In this document: piece after piece, positions 1 through 10,266 of the stretch | Position numbering within the stretch: position 1 is the first letter of the stretch | Layout: each line of letters opens with the position of its first letter | Source of the DNA: a virus | Taxonomy: Duplodnaviria; Caudoviricetes | Direction: 5' to 3' (one strand) | Virus record (IMG/VR): IMGVR_UViG_3300008107_000028 | Span: 34,195 to 98,194 of that record | Length of the DNA: 64,000 nucleotides | Translations under genes and position numbers: made by a program | Notes under the pieces: generated by a model | What the model was told of the DNA's origin: nothing | Seen by the model: the letters and a program-made list of their open reading frames with translations, nothing else | The model's database searches: none

Positions 1-70
1 TTGGTTAGAAACGGCAAAAAAAGAATTTTTCTTCAAAAATAAACGTGATGTAAATTATATTGAATCATAA

Positions 71-769
71 ATGCCGAGAAAAAGAACCCAAAAAATATAT
101 TTTGGGGAGGATCAAGAACAAGCGGTAATAAGATATTTAGAATCTGAATCCGAGGACGATAGAAATAAGATATTCAACGAATATTTAAGAGAACCCCTGA
201 TTATAATGGTCGAATCAATTATTCGACGTTATAAATTGTATAGAAAAGATTTAGAGTTTCAAGAAATACATGATGATACCATGTCATTTTTGATTACTAA
301 AATCAATAAATTTGACCACACAAAAAATCACAAAGCATATTCATATTTTGGAACTATTTGTAAGAATTACCTAATGGGAGCAATTCAGAAAGACACCAAA
401 GAAATGAATAGAAGCGTATCATATGATGATATCTCATCGTCGATAGAAGAAAGTCCCGAACATTCGTACACCATTGATGACGATGTTTTAGATTATAGAG
501 ATGTCATAATCAAGTTAACCATTTCTTTAGAAGAATTCATGGAAAAAGAATCTTTAACTGAAAATGAACAAAAACTTGGATATGCGTTATTGGAAATTTT
601 TAGCAATTTTGATAAAATATTCCAAATTGGTGATGGTAACAAATTCAATAAAAACTTGATTTTACTATCATTAAGAGAAATGACTTCACTTTCCACTAAA
701 GAAATTCGAATATCACTAAAAAAGTTTAAAAAATTATATGATGGTATTTTGAGTGGGTTTTTAGAATAA
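71..769 (+). CDS. Phage RNA polymerase sigma factor-like protein (T4 gp55/late sigma-like)
   Basis: Region-2-like motif KFDHTKNHKAYSYFGTICKNYL resembles the gp55-family 'F(D/N)..K..NPFAYFTQI..NAF' motif; HTH-like C-terminus. Confidence 0.6.
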   Translation: MPRKRTQKIYFGEDQEQAVIRYLESESEDDRNKIFNEYLREPLIIMVESIIRRYKLYRKDLEFQEIHDDTMSFLITKINKFDHTKNHKAYSYFGTICKNYLMGAIQKDTKEMNRSVSYDDISSSIEESPEHSYTIDDDVLDYRDVIIKLTISLEEFMEKESLTENEQKLGYALLEIFSNFDKIFQIGDGNKFNKNLILLSLREMTSLSTKEIRISLKKFKKLYDGILSGFLE

Positions 770-784
770 ATCTATTTATTTGTT

Positions 785-1159
785 ATGAGAGGAGAAAGAA
801 AAAACATAACATTAGATGTTGATTCCGCTTTAGCACTAATGCAAGAAATATATAATGATGTTGTTGAAAATAGAAATACCGCATCTACAATCATGCGTAA
901 AATGATGTCTTTCATGAAAGACGCTGAGGATATGAGTGTTATTGGTCCTGTAATTAAGGAACAACAAAAAATTTTAAATGACTGTACCGAAAAGAAAATT
1001 TCACTTGTAAAATTACAAGGTGTTTTATTAAAACAAACTCAGGGGGGTTCGAAAGGATCACCTATGGGTAAATTGAGTTTATCAGACGAGGACAGAGATT
1101 TACTTGATAAATTATTAACTGATGACGAAGATAAAAAAAACGAGAATTATAAATTGTAA
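785..1159 (+). CDS. Hypothetical helical protein
   Basis: 124-aa ORF preceded by TATTTATT (773-780); stop overlaps the next start. Confidence 0.6.
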   Translation: MRGERKNITLDVDSALALMQEIYNDVVENRNTASTIMRKMMSFMKDAEDMSVIGPVIKEQQKILNDCTEKKISLVKLQGVLLKQTQGGSKGSPMGKLSLSDEDRDLLDKLLTDDEDKKNENYKL

Positions 1160-3150
1160 TGAGTTTAAAGAAAAAAATAAATGAATTATTAGCCAAAATT
1201 GAGGCAATTGATGCAACGAAAACAAATGAAAATACACTTGATTCTCGTTCATTCAATGATCTTGCCGATCTCGTTACAAAAGATTTACCATCAAGTAAAG
1301 AATTAAGTCAAAAATTAGAAGGTTTAAAATCCTCAAGAAAAAATAGAAATAGAAAAAAACAAAATAAAAAGGATATATTTTCTGAAATACTTGGTCCATT
1401 AAATAAGATTTTAGAAAGTGGTAGAAAGGCTGATGATTTCGATAAATTCGCATCGACACAAAGATTAAAAAGACACGCAATTGATGCCGCAGATTCAACT
1501 GTAAATAAATCCAAAGAGATTGTTATGGATTGTGTGAAAACAGCATTGTTTTCTAATGGTGGAGTTTGTGGTAATAATAAGACATTTAGTGGTTGTACAT
1601 ATGATCAAGTTACACTCAAACCAAGAGAAATAGATTTTTTAAATATTTTGACAATTACCCCAAATAGTGATTTGGGTAAAATTATATACGAACCAATAAA
1701 AGAATCGGGTAAAGAAAAGGTAAACAGAAATCTTTTTACCACATTCCAAGGTACTCCCTATCAATTTGATACACCAAGTAATAAAACATTATTTACCATA
1801 AATTGGGATGATTCTAATCAACGTTTTAATATCACAGGATTAACACAAGGTAGTTCACCTGGTAACTGTGGGGTTGATGTTAAGGTTGAGGATTTTTTGG
1901 ATGATTATTATAGTAGTATTGAAATGCCGGATATAAAAACCATTTTAAAAAATGCTATGATAATGACATTAAATGCTGTCAATACTAACCCAATATCTAC
2001 AAGTGGAGGAGGTGATACTGTAAATGTAAGTTTTGATAGTGCAATTAATGATTTAGAAAGATTATTGAAGAAAATTATGTCTTTCTGTGGAAATCAAACA
2101 AAACGAGATGATTTAAAAAATCAGAATCCAACTGACATGTTTGATGAGAACGATGAAGATAAAGAATTTTATTTCAATTTTGACGACGTGGAAGGAATTG
2201 ATCTTGATGATGAGGATGCAAGACTGAGAAAAGTTTTAGTATTTCAAACATGTAATAATTTTGAAGTTCCAGTAAACACACAAATTGTAGAAGATTTCAT
2301 ATTTTTAGAAAATAAAAAAAGTGCAAACGATTTAATTAATTCAACTCTTAACAAAGCCGCAGCAGACGCATTTGAACAATCAGACGGATCTTTCGATTTA
2401 CCAAGTTTTCAATTATCATTAAATATAAAATTTTTAATCAACATACCTAAAGCAATAATCCAAAGTATTTTATCGCCAAAAATTTTCTTACCTATAGTTG
2501 CAATATATAAATTGTTTTCAGTAACGATAGATGGTACTGTTCAGGCTACCATGGATATTAAACTTTTCATGAAAAAATTATCCAATATGTTTTATTGTAT
2601 AATCAAAGAGGTTTTTTGGACATTCTTGAGAGATTTTTGGAAAAGAATTAAAAAAGATATTAAAAATTTTATAAAAGATGTTGCGGCAAAAATAATAAAA
2701 TCCAAGTATAAAAAATATTACATGGTAATATCCGCATTAATTGCGTTTTTAAAAGAAATAAAAGAAGACGATATAGATAGTTGTGCGGAATTAATTGAAA
2801 CCATAATAAAATCAATAGACAAAGGAATTGAATCTGCCGGTGGATTAGATCTCAAAATCCCAAAACCATTATTGGCGTTATCAGAAAAATTACCATCATT
2901 GAACAGTGCAAAAATTATGATGGATACAATATCTAAATTACAGGCAAATGGTATTGATGTCGGACCAATAAATGGAGAAAACAATGGTTTTGTTTCGGCA
3001 ATATCCTCTATGATGGATTCACTTGTAAAAAACTTAGCAAAGGCACCAATGTCAACAACTAATGCGAGACCAATAACTGTTGTGACACCTTTAGGACCGG
3101 GAATTATTCCTCCATTTACAAATAACAGTACGGGTCTTTTTAATACTTAA
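1159..3150 (+). CDS. Large hypothetical protein, possibly virion/baseplate-associated
   Basis: 663-aa ORF in an operon with a gp5-like gene; no recognisable catalytic motif. Confidence 0.5.
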   Translation: MSLKKKINELLAKIEAIDATKTNENTLDSRSFNDLADLVTKDLPSSKELSQKLEGLKSSRKNRNRKKQNKKDIFSEILGPLNKILESGRKADDFDKFASTQRLKRHAIDAADSTVNKSKEIVMDCVKTALFSNGGVCGNNKTFSGCTYDQVTLKPREIDFLNILTITPNSDLGKIIYEPIKESGKEKVNRNLFTTFQGTPYQFDTPSNKTLFTINWDDSNQRFNITGLTQGSSPGNCGVDVKVEDFLDDYYSSIEMPDIKTILKNAMIMTLNAVNTNPISTSGGGDTVNVSFDSAINDLERLLKKIMSFCGNQTKRDDLKNQNPTDMFDENDEDKEFYFNFDDVEGIDLDDEDARLRKVLVFQTCNNFEVPVNTQIVEDFIFLENKKSANDLINSTLNKAAADAFEQSDGSFDLPSFQLSLNIKFLINIPKAIIQSILSPKIFLPIVAIYKLFSVTIDGTVQATMDIKLFMKKLSNMFYCIIKEVFWTFLRDFWKRIKKDIKNFIKDVAAKIIKSKYKKYYMVISALIAFLKEIKEDDIDSCAELIETIIKSIDKGIESAGGLDLKIPKPLLALSEKLPSLNSAKIMMDTISKLQANGIDVGPINGENNGFVSAISSMMDSLVKNLAKAPMSTTNARPITVVTPLGPGIIPPFTNNSTGLFNT

Positions 3151-3151
3151 T

Positions 3152-3355
3152 ATGGAAAAGGAAAAACTATTAGAAATTATCAGTGATATAAAAAATAAAT
3201 CTAACAAAGATTTATTTTCCGCAATTGAAATATTAAGTGATGAATTTGAAAATACAAAACAACTAATAGTTGAAATGACCAAACATTTGGATATTATAGA
3301 AGAATATTATAATATGATAAATAATGAAATTAAAAAAAGACATGAAGGATTATGA
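3152..3355 (+). CDS. Small coiled-coil hypothetical protein
   Basis: 67 aa, tightly packed between its neighbours. Confidence 0.6.
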   Translation: MEKEKLLEIISDIKNKSNKDLFSAIEILSDEFENTKQLIVEMTKHLDIIEEYYNMINNEIKKRHEGL

Positions 3356-4869
3356 AAATTATTGATTTAGGTATATGTCTTGATAATATTGATCCGAAAG
3401 GTTTAGGAAGAATTAGATGTATTCGATATAATGATTATATATCAGGAAAAGAAAAATCTATAAAATATACTCTATGGGATAAAAGTGATCCATTTGTTGC
3501 ATCACCATTTTTACCAACAAACATTAATTTTATACCAGAAAATGGTCAAGCAGTTAAAATAATTAATTATAATCCAAACAAAGAAACTGTTAACCAAGAA
3601 TACATTGCGGGTCCTTTTACAACAACATATGATTTTAATAATCAAACATATTCACAACAAATATCTAACACAACATATGGTATTTTCGTACAAGATAAAC
3701 CTGATATAAGAGATGATTCTGGAACATATAGAGGTAAGACAGAAAACTGTTTTGCAAACGAAGAAGATTATGCTGTTTATGGTAAGTCAGGTTCAGATTT
3801 ATTATTCACCGAAAATGGATTACAATTAAGAGGTGGAAAATTATTATCTAAAGATGCTGCGAGTGTAAAAAATAAAGAGATATTAATTAATGAACCAATT
3901 TTTGCAAAAAAATCTTCAAACTTATACTTAAAGAAATTTCCTAAAAAAATGGTTCTTAAGGAGAGGGAGATTACACAAAGAAACTATGAAATAAAAAACT
4001 TAAATTATTTAGTCGAATATGAAATAGACTCACTATCCCCAACTGAATCAAATCCTGCAACAATAAAAATCTTTGTTTATAAAGTTTTATCTGAGTATGG
4101 TAATGTCTTTAAAACTGATTTTTTTAATATTGCCACAGAGGCACCAGGAAGTTTACTACAACTCATCAATGAGGACAACTCTGCAACTACACCTACTTTT
4201 ACAGAAACCATTACAGATATTATTGATGCATCTAAACAAGTGAGATCAATTATATTTGATATTCACGATTTAAATTTATCTGAAGTTAACCCTTTATACA
4301 CCGATGAAGATATTCATCCTTTTTATTTTAGACCATCTAAATCAATGGTATCGCTGTCACCTGCAAATCCAACAGAACAGACAAATAAAGAATACTTTAT
4401 ACAAAATACATCAGTTGCAAGAGTTGGACCAACCGCAGGATTAATTTGGTCACAAAACAGTGTTAAGGTACCATTTAAAGATGGTGTTCAAATAGAAAAA
4501 TATTTAGAAATTGATGAAAATACACCCGAGCAAACTTTTTCGGCCATAAAATCTGATAAAATATATTTTCTTTCTACTGATTTAGGTGATAACGAATCAT
4601 CTACACCTGTACCCTTTTATGATTTAGATAAGTATGAATATACACAAGAAAACTATGTCAAAGACATAGATCCAAATACATTTTCAACCGTAAGAGGGGA
4701 AAATTTATTGGCGGTATTAAGATCAATAATTAATGTGATTTTCACCCATAGACACAATCTTCTGAACTCAATAATTGGACAAACAGATTATTCGGAAGGT
4801 GAAGAATTAAAAAGATTATTAGAAACTCTCGAAAACGACATCTTAAATAAGTCAATTAGAATTAACTAA
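3352..4869 (+). CDS. Baseplate hub/spike-like protein with a gp5/VgrG-type N-terminal OB fold
   Basis: N-terminal 'CLDNIDPKGLGRIRC...P.NGQAV.I' matches the gp5 OB-fold signature; C-terminal HRH motif as in spike tips. Confidence 0.6.
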   Translation: MKIIDLGICLDNIDPKGLGRIRCIRYNDYISGKEKSIKYTLWDKSDPFVASPFLPTNINFIPENGQAVKIINYNPNKETVNQEYIAGPFTTTYDFNNQTYSQQISNTTYGIFVQDKPDIRDDSGTYRGKTENCFANEEDYAVYGKSGSDLLFTENGLQLRGGKLLSKDAASVKNKEILINEPIFAKKSSNLYLKKFPKKMVLKEREITQRNYEIKNLNYLVEYEIDSLSPTESNPATIKIFVYKVLSEYGNVFKTDFFNIATEAPGSLLQLINEDNSATTPTFTETITDIIDASKQVRSIIFDIHDLNLSEVNPLYTDEDIHPFYFRPSKSMVSLSPANPTEQTNKEYFIQNTSVARVGPTAGLIWSQNSVKVPFKDGVQIEKYLEIDENTPEQTFSAIKSDKIYFLSTDLGDNESSTPVPFYDLDKYEYTQENYVKDIDPNTFSTVRGENLLAVLRSIINVIFTHRHNLLNSIIGQTDYSEGEELKRLLETLENDILNKSIRIN

Positions 4870-4891
4870 TTGATATTTATTAAATAAAAAG

Positions 4892-6289
4892 ATGTCATAT
4901 TTCCGTTCATATTTTGAGAAAAATAACACAATTATAAAAGATTCGGTGGTTAACACCTCCAAAAATCCATCAACCGAAATTTTTTACGGTGACAAATTTT
5001 CTAAATTTATCTTTAAAATTGATTTTGAAGATTTAAAAAATAAAATTACCGGTGGGGATTATGTTATAACCACAGGCACCACTCATACACTTAATTTAAC
5101 AAACACAATATTTGGCGATGAAACTTTTTTAGGTGCAAAAAGAGGAACGGGTAGACAAAGAACAAATTCCTTTGATTTAATTTTATTTAAAATAAATGAG
5201 TTTTGGGATGAGGGTTTGGGTTTTGATTATGAAGAAGGTTCTTATGATTTCACAAGTGGAAATAACACATACGACGAAAGACCCTCGAATTGGTTCAATA
5301 GGACAACACTTTACGAATGGACAACTGAAGGTATATACGGAACAACACCTGATATAATCTCAACTATTCATTTTGACAAAGGAAATGAAAATATAATGGT
5401 TGATATTACCAATTATGTTAATGGTATATTAACAGGGGGTACTGTAAATCATGGGATAGGTCTTGCATTTTCTATACCGTATCAAGATATCAAAACAGAA
5501 TTTGAACAATCCGTAGCGTTTTTCACAAAATACACACAAACATTTTTTGAACCGTTTGTTGAAACTTTTTTTGACGATAGAATTAATGACGATAGATTAA
5601 ACTTTGTTGAAAAAGTTGATCAAAATTTGTATCTATACATAACTAAGGGTACTAATTTTTATGATTTAGATTCAAACCCAACCGTTGACATATTGGATAG
5701 TAACAATACACCAATTCCAAGTTTAACAGGATTAACATCCACAAAAATAAGAAAAGGAGTATATAAAGTTACATTTGGTATTGATGGTTTATTATGTGAC
5801 GGAAAACGATTTTTCTTTGACAAATGGAAAGGATTAACAATAGATGGGGTTTCAGTATCAGATACAACACAAAAATTTATTCCTAAACCATATACAAGTT
5901 TATATGGTATTGGTGATAACCCAAAAGATTATAAGAGATATGTTGTACAATTTTATGGTATAAAACAAAATGAAAAAATTATAAGAGGAGAAAAAAGAAA
6001 AGTTGTATCAATTTTGAAATCTATAGAAAATCCAATTTCAAATGTTTTTGACGATGTATTTTACAGAATATACATTAAAGAAGGTAGAACAAATGTAGTT
6101 GTTCACGATTGGACACAAATGGATACAACAAACGAAAACTCCTTTACTTTGGATACTTCAATATACATACCAAGAGAATATTACGTAGAAATAAAAGCAA
6201 AAATAAATAATGAAGAGATTTTCTTTAATGAAGAAATAAAATTTGAAATTCTTTCAGAAAGGGCTTCATTAATGAACAGCGTATCATAA
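4892..6289 (+). CDS. Putative virion structural protein (beta-rich)
   Basis: 465 aa rich in T/N/G/F; TATTTAT motif at 4874-4880. Confidence 0.5.
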   Translation: MSYFRSYFEKNNTIIKDSVVNTSKNPSTEIFYGDKFSKFIFKIDFEDLKNKITGGDYVITTGTTHTLNLTNTIFGDETFLGAKRGTGRQRTNSFDLILFKINEFWDEGLGFDYEEGSYDFTSGNNTYDERPSNWFNRTTLYEWTTEGIYGTTPDIISTIHFDKGNENIMVDITNYVNGILTGGTVNHGIGLAFSIPYQDIKTEFEQSVAFFTKYTQTFFEPFVETFFDDRINDDRLNFVEKVDQNLYLYITKGTNFYDLDSNPTVDILDSNNTPIPSLTGLTSTKIRKGVYKVTFGIDGLLCDGKRFFFDKWKGLTIDGVSVSDTTQKFIPKPYTSLYGIGDNPKDYKRYVVQFYGIKQNEKIIRGEKRKVVSILKSIENPISNVFDDVFYRIYIKEGRTNVVVHDWTQMDTTNENSFTLDTSIYIPREYYVEIKAKINNEEIFFNEEIKFEILSERASLMNSVS

Positions 6290-6310
6290 ATTAATCAATA
6301 TTTATAAAAT

Positions 6311-6781
6311 ATGAAAAAGTTAGACGAAATTATAAAAAAACACTTGAAACAAATAACTGAAGAACAGAATCATGAAAACTACATGTTTTTTGGAAATATT
6401 GAACAAATGAAAAGACAGTGTGATCTTTTGATGAAAGAAGATCACGATATGATCGATGGTATATTAAAAGAACATGATTGGGCTCAAGATCATATTGCAG
6501 AGGCCAAAAGTTTATTAGACCAAGTTTTCGATTTCCTAATGAACCAAACCAAAGGAGATGGAGAAGAAAAATCAGTAAAAGCTGACACTTCTCAATTTAG
6601 TCTAAACGAAATGGAAGAAATTGATGAAAGTAAAAATTGTCCCACGGATCCTGCAAAATGGGCAGCATCTAAAGCGGCGGCCAAAGCTAAATTTGATGTG
6701 TACCCTTCTGCATATGCAAACGGTTGGGCAGCAAAAAACTACAAATCCAAAGGTGGTGGATGGAGAAAATGTAAAAAATAA
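6311..6781 (+). CDS. Hypothetical protein, probable head-associated processed protein
   Basis: Acidic N-part with (I/L)xE motifs; basic C-terminal 'KFDVYPSAYANGW...GGGW' domain typical of large phages. Confidence 0.55.
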   Translation: MKKLDEIIKKHLKQITEEQNHENYMFFGNIEQMKRQCDLLMKEDHDMIDGILKEHDWAQDHIAEAKSLLDQVFDFLMNQTKGDGEEKSVKADTSQFSLNEMEEIDESKNCPTDPAKWAASKAAAKAKFDVYPSAYANGWAAKNYKSKGGGWRKCKK

Positions 6782-6784
6782 ACC

Positions 6785-6925
6785 ATGAAAGAATTTATCA
6801 AAGATTTAGAAACATTTCTTAGAAAAAATTGGAGACCTATAGTAATTATATCAGGAGTACTTATACTCCTTAATTATTATCCCGATATTAAGAGTGGGAT
6901 TATGGATGGTTGGTTAAATAAATAA
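6785..6925 (+). CDS. Small single-TM membrane protein (46 aa, missing from the ORF track)
   Basis: Translated by hand: MKEFIKDLETFLRKNWRPIVIISGVLILLNYYPDIKSGIMDGWLNK*; fills the gap between neighbours. Confidence 0.65.
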   Translation: MKEFIKDLETFLRKNWRPIVIISGVLILLNYYPDIKSGIMDGWLNK

Positions 6926-6929
6926 TAAT

Positions 6930-7679
6930 ATGAATATCATTGTATCTAAAGAAGATAAGGATTACATAAACGAATGTCTTGAATCAGGTGAAGTTTTAAA
7001 AGAGGACTTAAGAAGATGGTTCAAAGAGAAATGGGTAGATGTTAGTAGAAAAGTAAAAGGTAAACACCCACCTTGTGGTAGAAAAGATGCTGATGGTAAA
7101 GCATATCCAAAATGTAGACCATCAAAAAAAGTATCGAAAGAAACACCAAAAACAGCATCTTCTTACAGTAAAAAAGAAAAGAAATCAATGACTTCTCAAA
7201 AAAGAAGAGCCGAAAAAAAAGACCCTAAAGTCGGAAAGGGAAATAAACCGACAATGACAAAATTTGATGAAAATATGGAGAAAAGAACTGTAATTCAAAT
7301 AACCGAGGAACAATTTAATAGATTATTTAACTATAATGAACAAGTACCCGTACTAATGTACGAAGACGAATTTGGGTCAATTCAAAATACAAACTATGAA
7401 TTAGATGATTTATTAAATGAAGCCGAATACCAAGGTCGTAAAGTACAATTAGGTAAAATAATGCAAGGAGACGTAAAGAAATTCAAAGTTTACGTTAAAA
7501 ATGATAAAGGTAAAGTAGTGAAAGTTAACTTTGGATTTGGTGGAAAATCTGCTAAAGGAAAAGTTATGAAAATCAAGAAAAATAACCCTGAAAGAAGAAA
7601 ATCATTTAGAGCGAGACATCATTGTGATAATCCAGGTCCACGTTGGAAACCAAGATATTGGGCATGTAGAACTTGGTAA
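6930..7679 (+). CDS. Basic two-domain hypothetical protein, probable head internal protein
   Basis: 'LRRWFKEKWVDV..CGR..YPKCRP' and 'KVVKVNFG..RKSFRARHHCD..RYWAC' modules seen in large phages/viruses; VLKE and LLNE cleavage-like sites. Confidence 0.55.
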   Translation: MNIIVSKEDKDYINECLESGEVLKEDLRRWFKEKWVDVSRKVKGKHPPCGRKDADGKAYPKCRPSKKVSKETPKTASSYSKKEKKSMTSQKRRAEKKDPKVGKGNKPTMTKFDENMEKRTVIQITEEQFNRLFNYNEQVPVLMYEDEFGSIQNTNYELDDLLNEAEYQGRKVQLGKIMQGDVKKFKVYVKNDKGKVVKVNFGFGGKSAKGKVMKIKKNNPERRKSFRARHHCDNPGPRWKPRYWACRTW

Positions 7680-8120
7680 TTAGTAAAAAATTACATTAAT
7701 ATTACATTCAAGGAGAAGTTGGTAGGATTTACTTTGTGATTCGTCCCACTTCTCCTTATTTTTTGTGGTACAAATATGTTTACAGTAAACGACCCTGATA
7801 CCGCAGTTTACAATTCCTCTTGCACAATCCATACAAGGTAAACCAGATGTTAAGTATATTGTGGCACCTTTTAAAGGAGTACCAACACGAGCGGCGTTAT
7901 ATATTGCATTACGTTCCGCATGTTCAAACCAGAAGTATTTTTCAGGTCTTTCCTGACGTTCTTCTTTAGAATCGTCCATTCCCCTTGGAAATGAATTATA
8001 ACCCGTAGAAAGTACCTCATTATCCTCTCCAACAATAACAGCACCTATCTGTGTAGATTGATCTTTGGATTTAAGTTTAACTTGTTCTGCAATTCCTAAA
8101 AAATATTCGTTCCAATTCAT
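7680..8120 (-). CDS. dCMP deaminase
   Basis: HAERNAI and PCMDC zinc motifs; TGYN motif. Confidence 0.92.
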   Translation of the reverse strand: MNWNEYFLGIAEQVKLKSKDQSTQIGAVIVGEDNEVLSTGYNSFPRGMDDSKEERQERPEKYFWFEHAERNAIYNAARVGTPLKGATIYLTSGLPCMDCARGIVNCGIRVVYCKHICTTKNKEKWDESQSKSYQLLLECNINVIFY

Positions 8121-8431
8121 ATTAATTTATTCGGTATCCAATACCATATTCTTTCTTCAGAATATCTGTTTAGTGATTTCCCTTCTTTTTTTTCTATTAA
8201 TTTACTTATTTGTGATACGTGATCTTTGTTTTTAATATCTACTCCAACCATATAACCATTCCCGTCTTTTATATAAATTGTGTCTTTCGTTGGTTCAACA
8301 TATTTTCCTTCATCATAAAGTTTCAACATTTTCACCATTTCGTCCTTCTTCATTTTACATTCAATTCCTCTTGAATATATCATTTTTTCAAGGACATCTA
8401 ACCTTAATTTACTATAATCTGTATCTGACAT
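8117..8431 (-). CDS. Hypothetical protein with an N-terminal HeH/SAP-like helical motif
   Basis: Start reassigned to MSDTDYSKL (8431), downstream of a TATATTTG promoter; the longer ORF runs through the capsid terminator. Confidence 0.55.
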   Translation of the reverse strand: MSDTDYSKLRLDVLEKMIYSRGIECKMKKDEMVKMLKLYDEGKYVEPTKDTIYIKDGNGYMVGVDIKNKDHVSQISKLIEKKEGKSLNRYSEERIWYWIPNKLI

Positions 8432-8470
8432 ATTGCAAATATACAAAATAATCTGGAATATACCAAAAAT

Positions 8471-8496
8471 AAAAAACCCCCAATTTCTCGGGGGTT
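8471..8496 (-). terminator. Intrinsic terminator after the major capsid gene
   Basis: AACCCCC/GGGGGTT stem followed by a U-run on the minus strand. Confidence 0.75.
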
Positions 8497-8517
8497 CTTT
8501 ATATATCAAGATAAAAA

Positions 8518-10236
8518 TTATCTTAAAGTGTCCAAACTGAATGTTTGTAATCCGAAACAGTTGATCACACCGAAGTAACGGTTGTTAACCATTTTCTTCG
8601 CGTATCTTGTCATGATACCCTTGATTGGGGTAAAGTTGAACGGATTGTACATAGTTGGGGTCAACTGTAAAGGTACATATGGTGCGTAGATGTAACCAGC
8701 GTCTAACAATGACTTACCTTTGTGTCCCATGATAATTTTACCAGCTGGTAAATATGGATCACGGTAAACTTGATAACGACCTGCTATTGAACCGATTTTC
8801 TCGATACCCATGTTGTACTGATCTTGCTCAGGATGAGCATTTGATACGTGGAAATACTCTAAATCATCTAATACAGCAGAAACTTCTGAAGATACAACGA
8901 TCCAGTTAGCACCACCTCTTAAAGTTGATTTATGGATTTGAGCAGAAACCTGATTGATCTTAGTGATCAAAGTTTGGTTCCAGTCTTTTTGAGTGTAACC
9001 AGCGAATGCTACACCACCATTACCATATCTCCATTCGTTATAGTCCCACTTAGCAGTCCAAGCGGCACCTTTACGAAGGTCACGAAGGATTTCACGATCG
9101 ATTTCAGCTGCGATTTGCTCAGATAACAATGCTGTTAACTCAGCTTCAGCGTCGATGTTGTGGAATGCACTTACGTCTTGAGCCAATTCAGGAGACCAGC
9201 TTGCTCTTAATTTTCTTTCAGTTACAGAAACTGTTACTGATTGAAGATCAAAAGAAACTTCACCGATTGTCTCTTCGAATTCTAAAGTTGCATATGTTTT
9301 GTATGTAATCTTTAAGTTAGCAAGAGACAAATCATTACTACTGAAATCTGAATCAGTGAAACCAGATGTTGCACTGTAAGACTGAAGGTCTACACTCAAA
9401 TAGATTTTACCTTCTTCATCACAGATGTCAGAGAATTTATTAAGGTTTGTACCACCTTTTTGACCATATTCTACGATACCTTTACCGTATTTTTGTGTAA
9501 CAACGTTGAAATTTTTAACACCGTTGTTTGCAGTTGTGTTACCAGTAACTTCAACAGCAAGAGAAGCTAAAAATTCTTCAGTGTCCATAACGTTACCGTT
9601 AGCACCGATCATTTTACCTTGACCATCTTTACTGAAACCAGTAAGAACAACAATTACACTTGATAATGACGCACCACTTAAGTTAGCGGTTGTCTCAGAT
9701 GCTGCTCCGTTAGAGAAAGTAACCCATGCACCAGGTGCAGCTGTAGTTACAGTAGCATCACCTTTTGAATAGTCAAATAGACCTTGATCCGCAGCGTCAC
9801 TATTTTCATAAAAACGATCATAAAGACTTCTTGGATCTGTATAACCTGCTTGAGCATCTGTGTCGGTTGTATTAGGATAACCGAAAGGTGCCTTTTTAGT
9901 GTCCTGAATCTTTGGTAAGAAATAGAACAATTTACCAATTGGTAAGTTCATAGCTTGTACAGACACGATGTCGTTAGCTAATAATTTAGAGAATACACGA
10001 CGGATAATTGGGAATACCACGGTCTCAAAAGAACCTGAAGCGTCAGATACTGCTGCTTCGTTGATTAAATAAGACGCTTGGTTTTCATACAATTGCGCGA
10101 TGTTATCTTTTTGGTGACCTTCAAGACCCTCAAGGAATCCGAGATCATCCCATTTTTTAATGGTATCTTCTTTGATAACACGTAAGTGCTTAAGACCGAT
10201 GTTACCAACCATACCTGATTCTAATAATGCTCCCAT
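8518..10236 (-). CDS. Major capsid protein (T4 gp23 family)
   Basis: 'RKLRASWSPELAQD...H.IDAEAELT.LLS..I..EIDREI', 'YAPYVPL', 'GIMTRY' gp23 motifs. Confidence 0.97.
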   Translation of the reverse strand: MGALLESGMVGNIGLKHLRVIKEDTIKKWDDLGFLEGLEGHQKDNIAQLYENQASYLINEAAVSDASGSFETVVFPIIRRVFSKLLANDIVSVQAMNLPIGKLFYFLPKIQDTKKAPFGYPNTTDTDAQAGYTDPRSLYDRFYENSDAADQGLFDYSKGDATVTTAAPGAWVTFSNGAASETTANLSGASLSSVIVVLTGFSKDGQGKMIGANGNVMDTEEFLASLAVEVTGNTTANNGVKNFNVVTQKYGKGIVEYGQKGGTNLNKFSDICDEEGKIYLSVDLQSYSATSGFTDSDFSSNDLSLANLKITYKTYATLEFEETIGEVSFDLQSVTVSVTERKLRASWSPELAQDVSAFHNIDAEAELTALLSEQIAAEIDREILRDLRKGAAWTAKWDYNEWRYGNGGVAFAGYTQKDWNQTLITKINQVSAQIHKSTLRGGANWIVVSSEVSAVLDDLEYFHVSNAHPEQDQYNMGIEKIGSIAGRYQVYRDPYLPAGKIIMGHKGKSLLDAGYIYAPYVPLQLTPTMYNPFNFTPIKGIMTRYAKKMVNNRYFGVINCFGLQTFSLDTLR

Positions 10237-10266
10237 TTTTTTGTTTTTTTATTTTTTTTTGGTTTA